IMG/VR virus record: IMGVR_UViG_3300037067_017075
Coordinates: 3,916-67,915 of that record
Origin: a virus
Direction: 5' to 3' (one strand)
Length of the DNA stretch: 64,000 nt
Shown: piece by piece, positions 26,050-37,550 of the stretch
Layout of the letters: the number at the start of each line of letters is the position of its first letter
Numbering within the stretch: position 1 is the first letter of the stretch
Notes under the pieces: generated by a model
What the model was told of the DNA's origin: nothing
What the model saw: only the letters and a program-made list of their open reading frames with translations
The model's database searches: none
Program-made: the position numbers and the translations under genes

Positions 26050-29000
26050 ATGTGCCGAGTGAGACTCACAGTAGACGGGAAAACCAGAGTTTATAACCTG
26101 ACGCCCGCCGCGTTCGGACGGTTCCTGACCAAATGGGCCAACAGCCGGGGGCTGGTAGTCCTGGACATCCTTGACATTTCCGAGGATAAACCGGCATTCT
26201 CTGAGCGGGCCGCGTGATCATGGGGGGTTTCCCCCCTCAATCTCTATCGGGGATAGGGATTGATGGGAGACACACCACAAACAAGGGGGATTTAATCGTG
26301 ACAATCAAGACAACGGAGCAGTATTGGGATTGTGAATGTCGTGAGAACTTCATTCATCCGGCGGCTGTCAATCATTGCCCGCGGTGTGATACATACCGTG
26401 ACGAACAGCCAGACAGCAGAGTTAATGAAGTCTTGGACGTTGGGCTTTCTATTACCGCCGAAAACTGGGACACGCTCATCGACCAGGTCGAGGATGCGGC
26501 GGAGCGGTTCAATGAATAATCGCATTCAATAACAGGGGGATATTGTGAAACGCTATACGATGAAAAATTATGAGATTTTCCGGGATAACGGAAAATGGGT
26601 GGCGGTCAGGTCTGGCCTCGATGGAGTACGTCGTAACATCGCTATGCCGAATTGCCAGACAAAACGGGACGCCATAGAGGACGCGCGGCGTGACAGAGAT
26701 TTTTTAAACGATGTTATTGGGGGACGTTATGAGACCCCATAAACCAAAAACACGCGACACGCGCCGGGTCCCGGCCGAGACACCCACGGAAATAGTGATC
26801 CGGTCGCTGTGGGGGATCGTACGCGAGCCGGGAATGACCGGGGCGGAGCGGGCGGAGTGTCTGACATTTTTTGTGCTGTCAATCGTCCATGAGGGATTTT
26901 TTGAGCGGATCGATTGGCGGGCAGTTGCGGCCGAGGGGCTATAACGGAGGGGGGTATATGTTACGTTCGAAGATTTTGGCAGCACAACACCGGGCACTAG
27001 TACGCCGACAGCGAACCGCGTTAGCGTTATGTGCTGACGATGATGAGCGTCAGGCGGTGCTATCTGTCTGTGGCCCGCTCATCAGCAGGGCCAACAGCGC
27101 CGTTGAATATGCGCGGGCGTGTGAGACGAGAGAAACGCATCCGTGGCATACCGCGCCCGATGGGACACCGTGCCGGTGTACCGCCGAGGACAGGCGTTAT
27201 GGTTGTGGATGTCGGTAACACACGGAGGCCGTGCGGGCCTCCCGGAGCTTTCCGAGATATCGGAAATTTCCGGGAGTTTCACAGGGAAGCTCACGGGGGA
27301 ACAATTCACGACAGGGGGGACTTATGGACGACACGAAAGCGGCCAGAATCTGGCAAGCGGTTTTTTTACAGGCGGTCAAAGACTACCGGGCTGGGGATTT
27401 GCCCCGGCGGTGGTTTTTCGGCCCGGCGGCCCTGGCAATTTCCGGGGTGATCATAGCGGCGGGGCTGGCCGACGATACGGCGAAACGGGCCGGGGAGATC
27501 ATGGGGAGGGCGGCGGCATGAAACGACAATGGCAACCGGCGGCGAGATATCGCATTTCTCTATTCACGCCCCTCATGCTGCACCATTCCTATTGGGCCGA
27601 TACGTTAGCGGAGATATACGACGTGATCCGCTATTTGTCGCCCCGGTGGGGGAAAGTATACGACTACGAACACAGGCATGACGTTTTAGCATGGGGCGGC
27701 CCTGTCCCGACGGCAAATTTGCCGGGCGGGTTTTAGTATATCGGGAGGCTTTACGCTTCCCGTCTATCCCCCTGAGGGGATAGACGAAAGGCGTAAAACA
27801 TAACAGGGGGGATTTATGAGAATCAAAAACTTACCATCGTTTCGGTCGTATGGGGAATACGCGAGCGACAATTACGGCGCTCACGCGCTGCAATTTACGG
27901 ACGGGCGGGAGATTACCTATTATTTCTCATACAAGACGCTTGTGGCCGTCTGCGTGCCGGGGGTTGGCCTCCGTGTCCTCAAGAACTATTGGGGAACCAC
28001 CACCGGCAAGCATCTAAACTGGATAGACGGCGGCCAGAAATCAAACAGATGCACCCAAGAAGAATTTGACCGCTTCTTAATTCAGAACGGCATTGTAGAA
28101 GAAGCGGCAGCGTAAACCCTTGACGGCCGGGAGTGATCCCGGCGGCGGCCGTAACGTGATCCGCATTAAAGAGGGAAGCGGCCAAAAAAGCGGATCGAGA
28201 AAAACAGGGGGAAGCATGAATAAAAGAATCACATGGCCAGAGAAAAATATGTATAGCGATCCAGATCATAATACATATTTTTTGGGTCGCAACGGAACCG
28301 GAAAAGCTGGTGGAGTCGTGATAACCGATTTTAATCATAAATCGGTGGGCCGGGTAAGAATCGATCCACTAACACGGCAAAGCATCACGCGCGGAAAACC
28401 GAGGGAGGGCCGGGCGTGGATCGAATTTCCGGCGGCTTACGCCGGGGCCGTTGCCGACGCGATACGGGAAGCGGCGGGGCTGTTTCCGGTGCGGGAGGGG
28501 ATCAGGTGCGCGAAATGTGGGAGCGATATCTATAACCTCTTAGACGATGACAACAGGATATATACGTACCGCTGCGACTGCGGACACGAGGGCACGGCGG
28601 CATATATTGAGATCATAACGGAAATAACGTAATTATCGGGAGGGGGGAACCGTGGAAAAAATCAGTATTGAAAATCAGGGACATTGTCCAAGGTGTGGCG
28701 GGGACAATATCGAATTTGAGGGCTGGAACGCCGATGGCGAAACCGGCTGGGATGATTGCACGTGTTTGACGTGCGGGGCGTATTTTCAACAGGTCTATGA
28801 TATCCGCTATCTTTATTCAGAGACAACGGGGGACGAATTGCCCGCATATTGCCGACTCGATCCGCCGCCGTTTCCGCATATCATACCGTAGACCGATCCG
28901 GGGGGGGCTTTATGTCCCCCCGTGATCCCCCCGGATGCGGGAGGATCACGGGGGTATATAAAACACTAACAGGGGGCAAATATGAAAAAAGATTGGCGCG

Positions 29001-29152
29001 AAATGATCAAATGGTCGGACGACGAGCTTCTAATGGGCTTGGTGGCCGAGCGAATGAGTGAGCTTAATCCGTACTCACCTTTTCACCGGCGATTAGATAA
29101 AGTTTATGACCGTCTCCAAGAAAAGGTAAAGGCGGAGCGCAAGACGGCGTAA
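26050..29152 (+). CDS. Cluster of ~11 small early genes (26050-26217, 26298-26519, 26545-26742, 26729-26944, 26958-27218, 27324-27521, 27518-27736, 27816-28115, 28216-28632, 28652-28891, 28982-29152)
   Basis: Most are preceded by (A)ACAGGGGG-type RBSs; several carry CxxC motifs; functions unknown. Confidence 0.7.
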
Positions 29153-29280
29153 TCCCCCAGGGGCGGGGGCTCCGGCCCCTGCCCTATCCCCCCCGTATCC
29201 GGGGGGTTGGTATTTTACATAATTTATGAGTATCGGGCGCGGTGGGCGGCTTCATAAATTCAGTATCCGGGAGGCGTATC

Positions 29281-30312
29281 TTGATCGGATTGGCATTACA
29301 AAAACATAGTTGCGATGTATGCGGGCGGGAGCTGGATCATCCGGGCCGCTGCCCGGAGTGCATCGGCTGGGAATACCTGGCCCAGGCGTCGGCCATTGAC
29401 GGGCGCGTGTATCGGGTCCCGGTATCGGAGATAGGTATCGATCCCGCCGTGTATCAATTTAAGCGCGACGTGGACGCCCAGGGCGTATCCGAGGGGTCCC
29501 GGCTCACGGGTTCGTGGAACGAAGCGGCGGCCGGGCTGCTGCTGCTGTATGAAGACCTGTCCGGTATCTTATGGGTGGCAAACGGACATCATCGATTGAG
29601 CCATGCGCGGCGGTGCGGTATCCGGGCCCTGAATGCGCTCATAGTCCGGGAGATCGAGGGCTATTCATCGGAGGACGCCCGGAGGCTGGCCGCCGAGGCG
29701 AACATCCTGGACGGCAAGGGCACGGACCTGGACCATGCCGAGTTTTTCCGGCATTCCGAGGCCGATAAGTCTTTTTACAAAAAGGCCGGGCTGGCCCGGC
29801 GGGGCTGGATCATAGGCCAATGGGCGACGGATGACCTGTATGCGCTTTTTCGGGCCGGCAAGGTATCCGGGGAATGCGCGGAGGCGGTATCGGGGGCGGC
29901 GCCGGGTGACATAGCGATACAGGCGGCGGCTGCCCGGTGGTGCCTGGCCAATCCGAGGGCAAAGGGCGATGAAGCGCGGGCCTATACGGAGGCGCTCAAA
30001 GTCGTGCCGAGGGGCCCGGCGACGGCAGATCTATTCGGCTTTGACGACAGCGCGATCATCGAGGCCGACCGGTACACCCGGATCGTCCGGGCCATCCGTT
30101 CCGAGATATCGGAACGAATCACGGCGGTGCGGAGCGCGGCAAAGCGCCCGGACGTGGCGCGGGCCGGGGGAGTGGAAGTTGCGGACCCGGACGGTATCCT
30201 GGCGCAAGTGCGGGAAGACCAAGCGACGCTGGCCCGGTGGGATAAATGGTATCTGGACCCGGAATTGACCGCTGTGGTCAAGAAACGGGCGAGGGATAAA
30301 GAAGCGGCTTAA
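29281..30312 (+). CDS. ParB/Srx-like domain protein resembling ParB domains of phage polyvalent proteins, with an N-terminal Zn finger
   Basis: IGIDPAVYQFK, W-E-AAG, VANGHHRL (GxxR), AAEANI; TTG start with GGAGG. Confidence 0.75.
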   Translation: MIGLALQKHSCDVCGRELDHPGRCPECIGWEYLAQASAIDGRVYRVPVSEIGIDPAVYQFKRDVDAQGVSEGSRLTGSWNEAAAGLLLLYEDLSGILWVANGHHRLSHARRCGIRALNALIVREIEGYSSEDARRLAAEANILDGKGTDLDHAEFFRHSEADKSFYKKAGLARRGWIIGQWATDDLYALFRAGKVSGECAEAVSGAAPGDIAIQAAAARWCLANPRAKGDEARAYTEALKVVPRGPATADLFGFDDSAIIEADRYTRIVRAIRSEISERITAVRSAAKRPDVARAGGVEVADPDGILAQVREDQATLARWDKWYLDPELTAVVKKRARDKEAA

Positions 30313-30381
30313 ACTTGCAGATCAAATAGAATCCGAAGCATGGTCAAAGTTTATTTCTCATCCTTATTAACATAACGGGGG

Positions 30382-32142
30382 ATGATTATGGCAAAAATAC
30401 TTCGCAAAATAGATGGAGAATGGATTGCTCTATGTCCGAACTCTACAGATCCAAAGATGGGTGACGTATATTTGAGCGATCCCCAGTCTTATGCGCTCTC
30501 TCTCTATTATGTTTATGATGAAGGACCATACAATAAACGCTTCCTGTCTCCGAGACAACGCGAGGAAATACTCAGAGACGTTCCAACATATGTCGATGAA
30601 TGGAGAAGGTCGGGCTGTATTTCCTGGAGAAAAAATCCCGAATGGATTGCGAAGTATCACGGCAATAGATTTTGGTATTTTATTAGAAAGATCAAGGTGT
30701 GGCTTTTTTGGTCATTGCCCAGTCTAAAAAGTTTTCTCAAATAGGAGGGTTATTATGATTGCAACAGCAAATTTACCAGGGAGTACGCATTTTCGGTGGT
30801 TCAAGGGTACTAAAAGACAGTGTTATAGGTTTTTCAACTATCTTAACAGAACAAACGAATACTGGCGGCAGGAATATATGCCTCAAGTAATGACAGACAA
30901 TGCCACGAGAAAACGAGATCGTTACCAGGACGGTACGTTGATCTATGACGTGCCAGAAGGACACTATGAATGCGATGGATTAACCGAAGAGGCAATAATC
31001 AATAGAACTTTTGAGCCTTATCCCCGACAGATATCGAGGGTGTCCTATACTCAAGGACTTTGCCCAATTTGCGACAATGATGTTTTAGATCAGAAAAAGA
31101 CGGAAATCAACGACAATACGATTGCAGTGTATTTTAGATGTTGTGGGTGTAAAGCATATCTAAAAGAGCAATATCGTATCGCATATTATGATGGAACTAT
31201 CGTTGTCGATAAACACGGAAATTCGAAAGAAGAACTACAGGCGGGGGGTATCCGATGAAACGCTGTACTGAATGTCACGTCCCCCTGCCCCGGGACCACC
31301 GGGGAGCGCAGTTGTGCGCCGGGTGCCGGCTGGAGGCCGAGGATGCGGGGATGACCACCCCATGCGACAGGTCGCATGGGGGCCCCGGTGAGGGCAAGAA
31401 AACTAACGCCCAGGAGCCCCGTCTATTTTCCGAGAAACCCCAGCGGGACCGCTCTGTTGAGAAGGCCGAGGCCGAGTGGACGTGGCGGGAGAAGATCAGG
31501 GCAAAGACAAAACCAATTGACGAGTTGCCGCTGTTTCGGCGGCAGAGGGAGATGTTTTAACGGAGGTATCTATGGCTATTTGTCCGATTTACAAGGCGGG
31601 GATGTTGGCTAATCCCGATCCAGAAATTCGCACCTGTGAGGGATTAAATAACATGATGTGCGATCAATCCGGCTGCGCCTGGTGGGATCAGTATGCCGGG
31701 ATGTGCGCGCTGCTGGTCCTGGCGAACAACGTATCGACCGAGAACTTCCTGCTCCGCGAAAAGGCGGCCCGCGAGGTCATGGTAGAAAAAAAGTAGCCTC
31801 CTGATGGGGAGGGGGCCGGACCGGTTCCCCCGCCGGTATCCCCCTCGGTCCCCTCCCCCTCCTTATGGAGAACGGTGACATATGACAAAGGACGACATTA
31901 TTGCCGATTATCTCAGGTCCGATGTCCTGACCCTGACGATCATCCGGGCCCGGCGGGTGGACTTCGACACGCGGGAGGGCCGGGGTATCCGGCTTCGGTT
32001 CGTTGGACAAGCGGTATCCGGGGGCGAGATTGCAGCGCTCAACGCCTCCGGCTGGTGGCCGGTGGGCGAGATCGGCGGGGCCTATACCCATTTAATCCGC
32101 TCCGGCGCCGAGTTTTGGGCGGCGGCATGTATCTGGATTTGA
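30382..32142 (+). CDS. Five hypothetical genes (30382-30744, 30755-31258, 31255-31560, 31572-31796, 31882-32142)
   Basis: Co-oriented ORFs with RBSs; the first two are AT-rich. Confidence 0.6.
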
Positions 32143-32219
32143 TTTTTTTCAAAAAAACGCTGCACACATGACCGGATTAACTGAATATATGATACGATAA
32201 TAATAGAGGGAGAAGATCA

Positions 32220-32795
32220 ATGAATTATTACAAGCTAACGAACAAATCCGAGGTTCACTACGGGCTGCGGCTGGTCGATGGGCTGAACGTTGACCCGTGG
32301 CAGTGGAACCCCTCCGGCCGCTGCCAGGAGGGCGGAATCTACTTTGTCTCCTCGGAAATCCTGGCGTGCCTCTCGTATCCGGAGGGAGGGGCATACTGGA
32401 TCCGCACCGTTACCCTGCCCGAGGGTGAACCGGTGTGGACGGAGGACGGCCCGGTTAAGTACAAGGCCCACCGACTGATCCTCGGTCGGCGACGGCGTAT
32501 CACGCCGGCGGTGCTGAAACGGCTCGTTCGTGAGGGTGCGCTGCTTCACCCAAACGCGGCCACCTGGGCGGCGGAAAACGGTTACCTCGACTGCCTGCGG
32601 TATCTCAACGAGATCGGAGCGCCGATCAATGAGTGGGCGGCCACCCGGGCGGCGATAAACGGTCACATCGACTGCCTGCGATATCTCAACGAGATCAAGG
32701 CGCCAATCGATTCGGAGGCGGCCGGGTGGGCGGCGGCAATGGGTCAGGTCGAGGCCGCGCGAATAATCAAAACCTGGCTGGAGGGAAAACGATGA
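32220..32795 (+). CDS. Ankyrin-repeat protein
   Basis: AATWAAENGYLDCLRYL / AATRAAINGHIDCLRYL / AAGWAAAMGQVE repeats. Confidence 0.85.
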   Translation: MNYYKLTNKSEVHYGLRLVDGLNVDPWQWNPSGRCQEGGIYFVSSEILACLSYPEGGAYWIRTVTLPEGEPVWTEDGPVKYKAHRLILGRRRRITPAVLKRLVREGALLHPNAATWAAENGYLDCLRYLNEIGAPINEWAATRAAINGHIDCLRYLNEIKAPIDSEAAGWAAAMGQVEAARIIKTWLEGKR

Positions 32796-34260
32796 GCCGA
32801 CGCAGACAATATCTTGTATCCGAGATGATTCTGGCGTTTAAACGGTACGTCAAACACGAGATAACCAGGGAGGAATTCGACGAGGCGCGGGAGAAGATCC
32901 ACATCGCCATCAACGGCGCGCCCGTTGGTGAACTTAATTTCGACGGGGTATCCGGGGAGCCCGGCAAGTCCGGAGTCCCCACCCAGGCCGCCCTCGACTG
33001 CCTGGCCGAATGCTACCGGGCAGAGGGCCGGTCGTTTCTGGTGCTTTCCATGCCGGAAGGAAACTACGACGCTCGGGTATCGGCGCGGTTCGGCAGGACC
33101 GATGACGAGGATGCCGTGGCGATGATCGCGGCGTTTCTGGAGGGCAAGCCCGCCATCAAGGAGCAGTTGCTGGTCCACTACGGCCGGGAGGCGATGGACC
33201 TGCACGTAGAGGCCGAGTTTTTCCGGCAGCGCCGGGAGCGGGAGCTGGACCGGGAGATCGAGGGGCTGGAAGAAATACGGACAGTCCCGTACACATGGGT
33301 GGCCGATGAAACAACTCCGGCATTTCCAACAATAAGAAGGTGGCGGCTGATCTAATGAGAAAACACATTAAGGAGTAAACGATATGTGGTGGATTTTAAT
33401 TTCCGGTGTTGTTCTTTGCGTGACGATCGCCATCCTGGTTCGTTACGCTGAGGAAAGCTGGCTATGGGTTGCGATCGCGGTGTTAGTGTGGGCTTTTTTC
33501 GCCGTCATTTCTTTTGGTTTTTTCTTCGGCACGACCTCCGAGTATGGAGAGATGCACGGCATCCTGTATTCGTTGCCGGCCTACAAAAAGACCGTTGACG
33601 ATACTGGGGACATAACCTATGCGATCTCAGAAAACGAAATGATCAATGCGGCCGAAATCGGGATCGGCAAGGCCAAGAGCGAGCGGATGGCTGAGATGGT
33701 CACCAGGATAGACCGCTACAACCATCTTTATGGTGTCAACCGAGAATTTTATGATACATGGTGGGGCCGCCTTTGGATGCCGGCATGGCCGGAGGATTTG
33801 AAGCCCTTGATAATAACGAAATAAGGAGAGGTAAGACATGAAAAAGATGTTTCAGTGGCTGGCGTCGCTGGTTATGGTGGTGCTTTGTAAGGCCGTGCAG
33901 ATCATCGGTAAACTCGCCGACAGAAAATACGTGGCGGGCTGCGAGTGGGGAGATCACACGAATATTTATATATATGGCAACAACTTCTTCCGCCTCCGCC
34001 TTGCCTCCGGTGCATTGCATCTGCGGGCCAGTCGTTTCGGAATGGTCGTGTTTCTTTCCGACGAATTCAACGCATGGGGTAAAACCAGGAGCGAGTTCTT
34101 ATGTGAAAACCTGGAACGAGTGTTTGATAAGGAATCGGTGGGATTCAAAAACACATCGAAAGAGATATTGCGGGTCGAGCAAGAGTTAATCTTCCGGTTA
34201 GCGACCCTCGTCGCCAACAAGAAACGGCCGCACAAAAAGCAGGAGTCCGGCGGTGCATAA
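32792..34260 (+). CDS. Three hypothetical genes (32792-33355; 33384-33824 membrane protein; 33838-34260)
   Basis: RBSs and coupled starts; two TM segments in the middle gene. Confidence 0.6.
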
Positions 34261-35101
34261 ACACGTCCCCGAGTTCATCGACCACCTCCGGCAGCGGAAG
34301 ATGCCCCGGCCGCTGAGGGCAAGCACCATCAAGGTCTACGGCACGGTCCTCCTTCGGTGGCGGGACGTCTACCCCGGCGACATCAACACGGCCACCGAGG
34401 ACGAGATCGAGGGCTTCCTCAACCGTATCAGGGGCAACGGCTCCTGGCGGTACGTTGCGGCGGTGGCCCTCAAAAACTATTACCGCTGGCTGGGCAGGCC
34501 GCTGGGTGATCGGTTCAAGATCTCGCTGCCCGCCGCCCGGGAGTACCCGGCGGTTACCGACGTCGAGTTCGAGCTGATCAAGCGCCACGCCTCGCCCCGT
34601 ATCAGGAACCTCATCAACTTCCTGGCGCTCACCGGCGTCCGTATCTCCGAGGCCCTCGGGGCACAGGCCGGCGACTTTGAGCTCGACCGCATCGAAGACG
34701 GCCGGCGCCGGCCGGCGATGAAGGTCCGGGGAAAGGGCGGAAAGATCAGGCGCATTCCACTGGTCCACCGCGGGCTGGTGGAGTGGCTTCGAAGGCAGGT
34801 GGCGGGGCCGTTCGAGGGAATGAGTTACGATCAGGCGTGGGGCGGGATCCACGCGGCGGCCGAGCGCGCCGGGGTCCAGCGGCTGATCTCCGAACCGGGG
34901 GAATATCCGCCCCGGTACTACGTGAGCCCGCACGCCTTTAGGCGGTACGCCGCGACCAGGCTGCTGGACCGGGGCGTCGATATCGATGTGGTCCAGACGG
35001 TCCTGCGGCACTCGAACATCAACACGACGCTCCGCTATGCCAAGACCCGGGAGAACCGGGTGTGGGCGCAGATGGGACAGGGAGAGGCGTATGTACAGTA
35101 G
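34253..35101 (+). CDS. Tyrosine recombinase (XerC/D-like integrase)
   Basis: TGVRISE (R), GKGGKIR (K), HAFRR (HxxR), LRHS (H), TLRY (Y). Confidence 0.92.
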   Translation: MHKHVPEFIDHLRQRKMPRPLRASTIKVYGTVLLRWRDVYPGDINTATEDEIEGFLNRIRGNGSWRYVAAVALKNYYRWLGRPLGDRFKISLPAAREYPAVTDVEFELIKRHASPRIRNLINFLALTGVRISEALGAQAGDFELDRIEDGRRRPAMKVRGKGGKIRRIPLVHRGLVEWLRRQVAGPFEGMSYDQAWGGIHAAAERAGVQRLISEPGEYPPRYYVSPHAFRRYAATRLLDRGVDIDVVQTVLRHSNINTTLRYAKTRENRVWAQMGQGEAYVQ

Positions 35102-35711
35102 CACCAAAACCGTCCTCATCAAGCACGGTGGCCCGGTATCCGATAAGCTCAGGTACGTCGGGCAATGGGACGGGGTCGATATCTACACGACCGCACCCAG
35201 GACGACAATATGGATGTGGCCGTTCGGTATCTTCTTGCTGATTTGTGAGCTTCTGCGGTGGATACCGCTGCTCCTGTCTTACGAGGCCCAGCGTTACTAC
35301 GGCATCTGGCTGTGGTCGAAGGTGCTCAAGGGTGTCGGCTGGCTTTTAAACGTACCGGAGGACAAAACATGATAAAAACTCGGGAACCCGACCGGTCTCC
35401 GCTTAAAGCGGAGGTTAGCAGGATCGTCAAAGGATTCCTTGCCGTCAATACGTTCACCGTGAAGGTATCGACGGGCATCAAAACCCGCACCGTCGGCTTC
35501 TTCCGGAAGCTCAACTGGGAGCTTCTTGTCTGGTGGATATGGTTTTCCTTCATGATTCTCTGCCTTTTATGGGTTATCGGAACCTTCATCTTGTTCTTGG
35601 TAACGCCGAAAGAACCGGCATCATTTCTGGCGATGGGAATTAATATCATGCTACTGGTGTTTGTCGTCTATAACTTGAGCTGGTTGTTGCCGGCCTATAG
35701 GAATGTCCGCA

Positions 35712-35987
35712 ATGACAAGACGTAAACCACCCCAGATCAACTTCGTCCCCGATACCGACGCCACTCCCGGGCAGAACTTCGCGGCCATTCTTAAAAAACT
35801 CGGCATCCGGGACGAGAAGGCGGTCAAGGAGCTGTCGCGCAAAACGCGGCTGGACCCCTCGGCTATCGCCGATATCGCCAACGACCAGGAGACCATCACC
35901 CCGTCGATAGCCGACCTGCTGGAACGCGGGACCGGCATCAAGCGCGAGTGGTGGCTGATGATGGTGGAGAGGTGTACAAAAAAATGA
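35712..35987 (+). CDS. XRE/HigA-like HTH protein
   Basis: TPGQ..., ELSRKTRLDPSAIADIAN...ITPSIA..L...TG...WWL. Confidence 0.75.
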   Translation: MTRRKPPQINFVPDTDATPGQNFAAILKKLGIRDEKAVKELSRKTRLDPSAIADIANDQETITPSIADLLERGTGIKREWWLMMVERCTKK

Positions 35988-36812
35988 CTCGTATTCCTCA
36001 GTTCTTCTGCTGGTGCGGACGCGAGATGCGGCTGGAGCGATCCGGTATCCGGCTACGGGTAGAGTCCTCCATGATAGGGCCGAGGGCCGTCGTCGAGGCC
36101 GAGCAGTGGCGGTGTAAGGCATGTGACATGCGGGTCCGCCGGATCGCACCCGGAACCACGCCGATCACCCCGATGGACCCGGGGTTTGAAAAGGCGGTGT
36201 GGGATGAGGAAGTGAGGACGATATGAAGTTTAATTTTTTATCATGCGCGTCACCAAAAACAAAAGTGAGATTACTAAAGGTCGTCCCCTGCTTTCCCAGT
36301 GGATCCATAGCTGGGTATATAGGTGAAGAACCAAAGAGTTATGAGCCAACCCATGACCACATCGAGTTCCCGATTAGCATCTATCACGCATCTGTCTGTG
36401 AGACGTTTTTTCATGGCAGGATAGCGCATATATGGGGTGGCGGAATATCTTGTTGGGTGGATCCAACAACGAAGGAATTGATATAGATGGAACCCATAAC
36501 GATTCAAACCAGTATAAAACATCAGTATCAGATCAAGGCCAGAGTCCAGAATATTACTGATCATCTTTTGAGATTTACCATTCCAGAAGAAAGCCTGACC
36601 GAGAAATATTACCCAAGGCGTAAACAGATCGTTCTCCTGTCGATGGACCAAGGAATATGGCGCCTAATAATCATCGATGTAAAGCGCCGTATGCTCGAAA
36701 ACGATGATGCCTATGTAGTCGATCTTCTCGCCGAGACCGAGGGGCTCAAAAAGGTGCAACCGAGGAAACACCGGGCGGCATTAATGCCGCCCCTACATCT
36801 GTAACCCGTTTT

Positions 36813-36886
36813 GTATTCATCGGGGCCCCCGCTCGGCCTGCCGAGTGGGGTGATGCCCCCGTAGGGGCTCCATTCATGGTGCCCGC
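36813..36886. repeat. Composite repeat: partial family C element (minus, 36813-36856) abutting a family B GTAG palindrome (plus, 36858-36886)
   Basis: CATC-A-CCCCACTC...GAGCGGGGG-CCCC-GATG; CCCGTAG-GGGCTCCAT TC ATGGTGCCC. Confidence 0.75.
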
Positions 36887-37106
36887 ATAAAGGAGTTGGT
36901 TCTATGGGTAACATCATTCCGATTTCACGGAAATCAGGGTCGCCCACCATGGGAGACCTCATCGCCGGGCTCTATTCCGACTGCGGGATCCCAATGAGTG
37001 CGGACGACCGCCGGCGCATCGACAGAGCCCTGACCGACATCGAGAACGAGACCGACATCGTTCCCCTCCCGGCCAACATCGCCGTACTGGGGATGAGGAG
37101 GGACTG

Positions 37107-37550
37107 ATGCGCGGATACTTCGAGATCGGCATCTATCATACTAAAACAGAGATCAACGTCGGTACTCTCTGGCGCTCTGCCTATCAACTCGGAGCAGCGG
37201 GCATCTTCACAATCGGTAGACGCTACAAGAGGCAGGCGGGGGATACCGTCAAGGCATGGCGCCATATTCCGTTGCGACATTACGTCGATTTTGAGGACTT
37301 CAATACACATCGGCCCCAGGACGCGGTTCTCATTGGGGTTGAAATGGGCGGTGATCTTCTCCATACCTGTGCTCACCCGGATCGGGCTATCTATCTGATG
37401 GGCGCTGAGGATTCAGGTCTGCCACAGCAAATTTTAGATCGATGCAACCGAGTCATAGCGGTAGAAACTTCCGGCGTGGAATCATACAACGTCGCGGTTG
37501 CCGGAAGTATTGTGATGTATCATCGGTTTATAACGAGGACTTGTTTATGA
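37107..37550 (+). CDS. SpoU/TrmH-family RNA 2'-O-methyltransferase (SPOUT)
   Basis: NVGTLWRSA..LG, LMGAEDSGL, SYNVAVAGSIVMY. Confidence 0.92.
   Translation: MRGYFEIGIYHTKTEINVGTLWRSAYQLGAAGIFTIGRRYKRQAGDTVKAWRHIPLRHYVDFEDFNTHRPQDAVLIGVEMGGDLLHTCAHPDRAIYLMGAEDSGLPQQILDRCNRVIAVETSGVESYNVAVAGSIVMYHRFITRTCL

Noticed and set aside
26380-28470. Opposite-polarity GATAC sites left of 29 kb
   Set aside because: Only about four were noticed in 2-3 kb, too few to separate from chance by eye.
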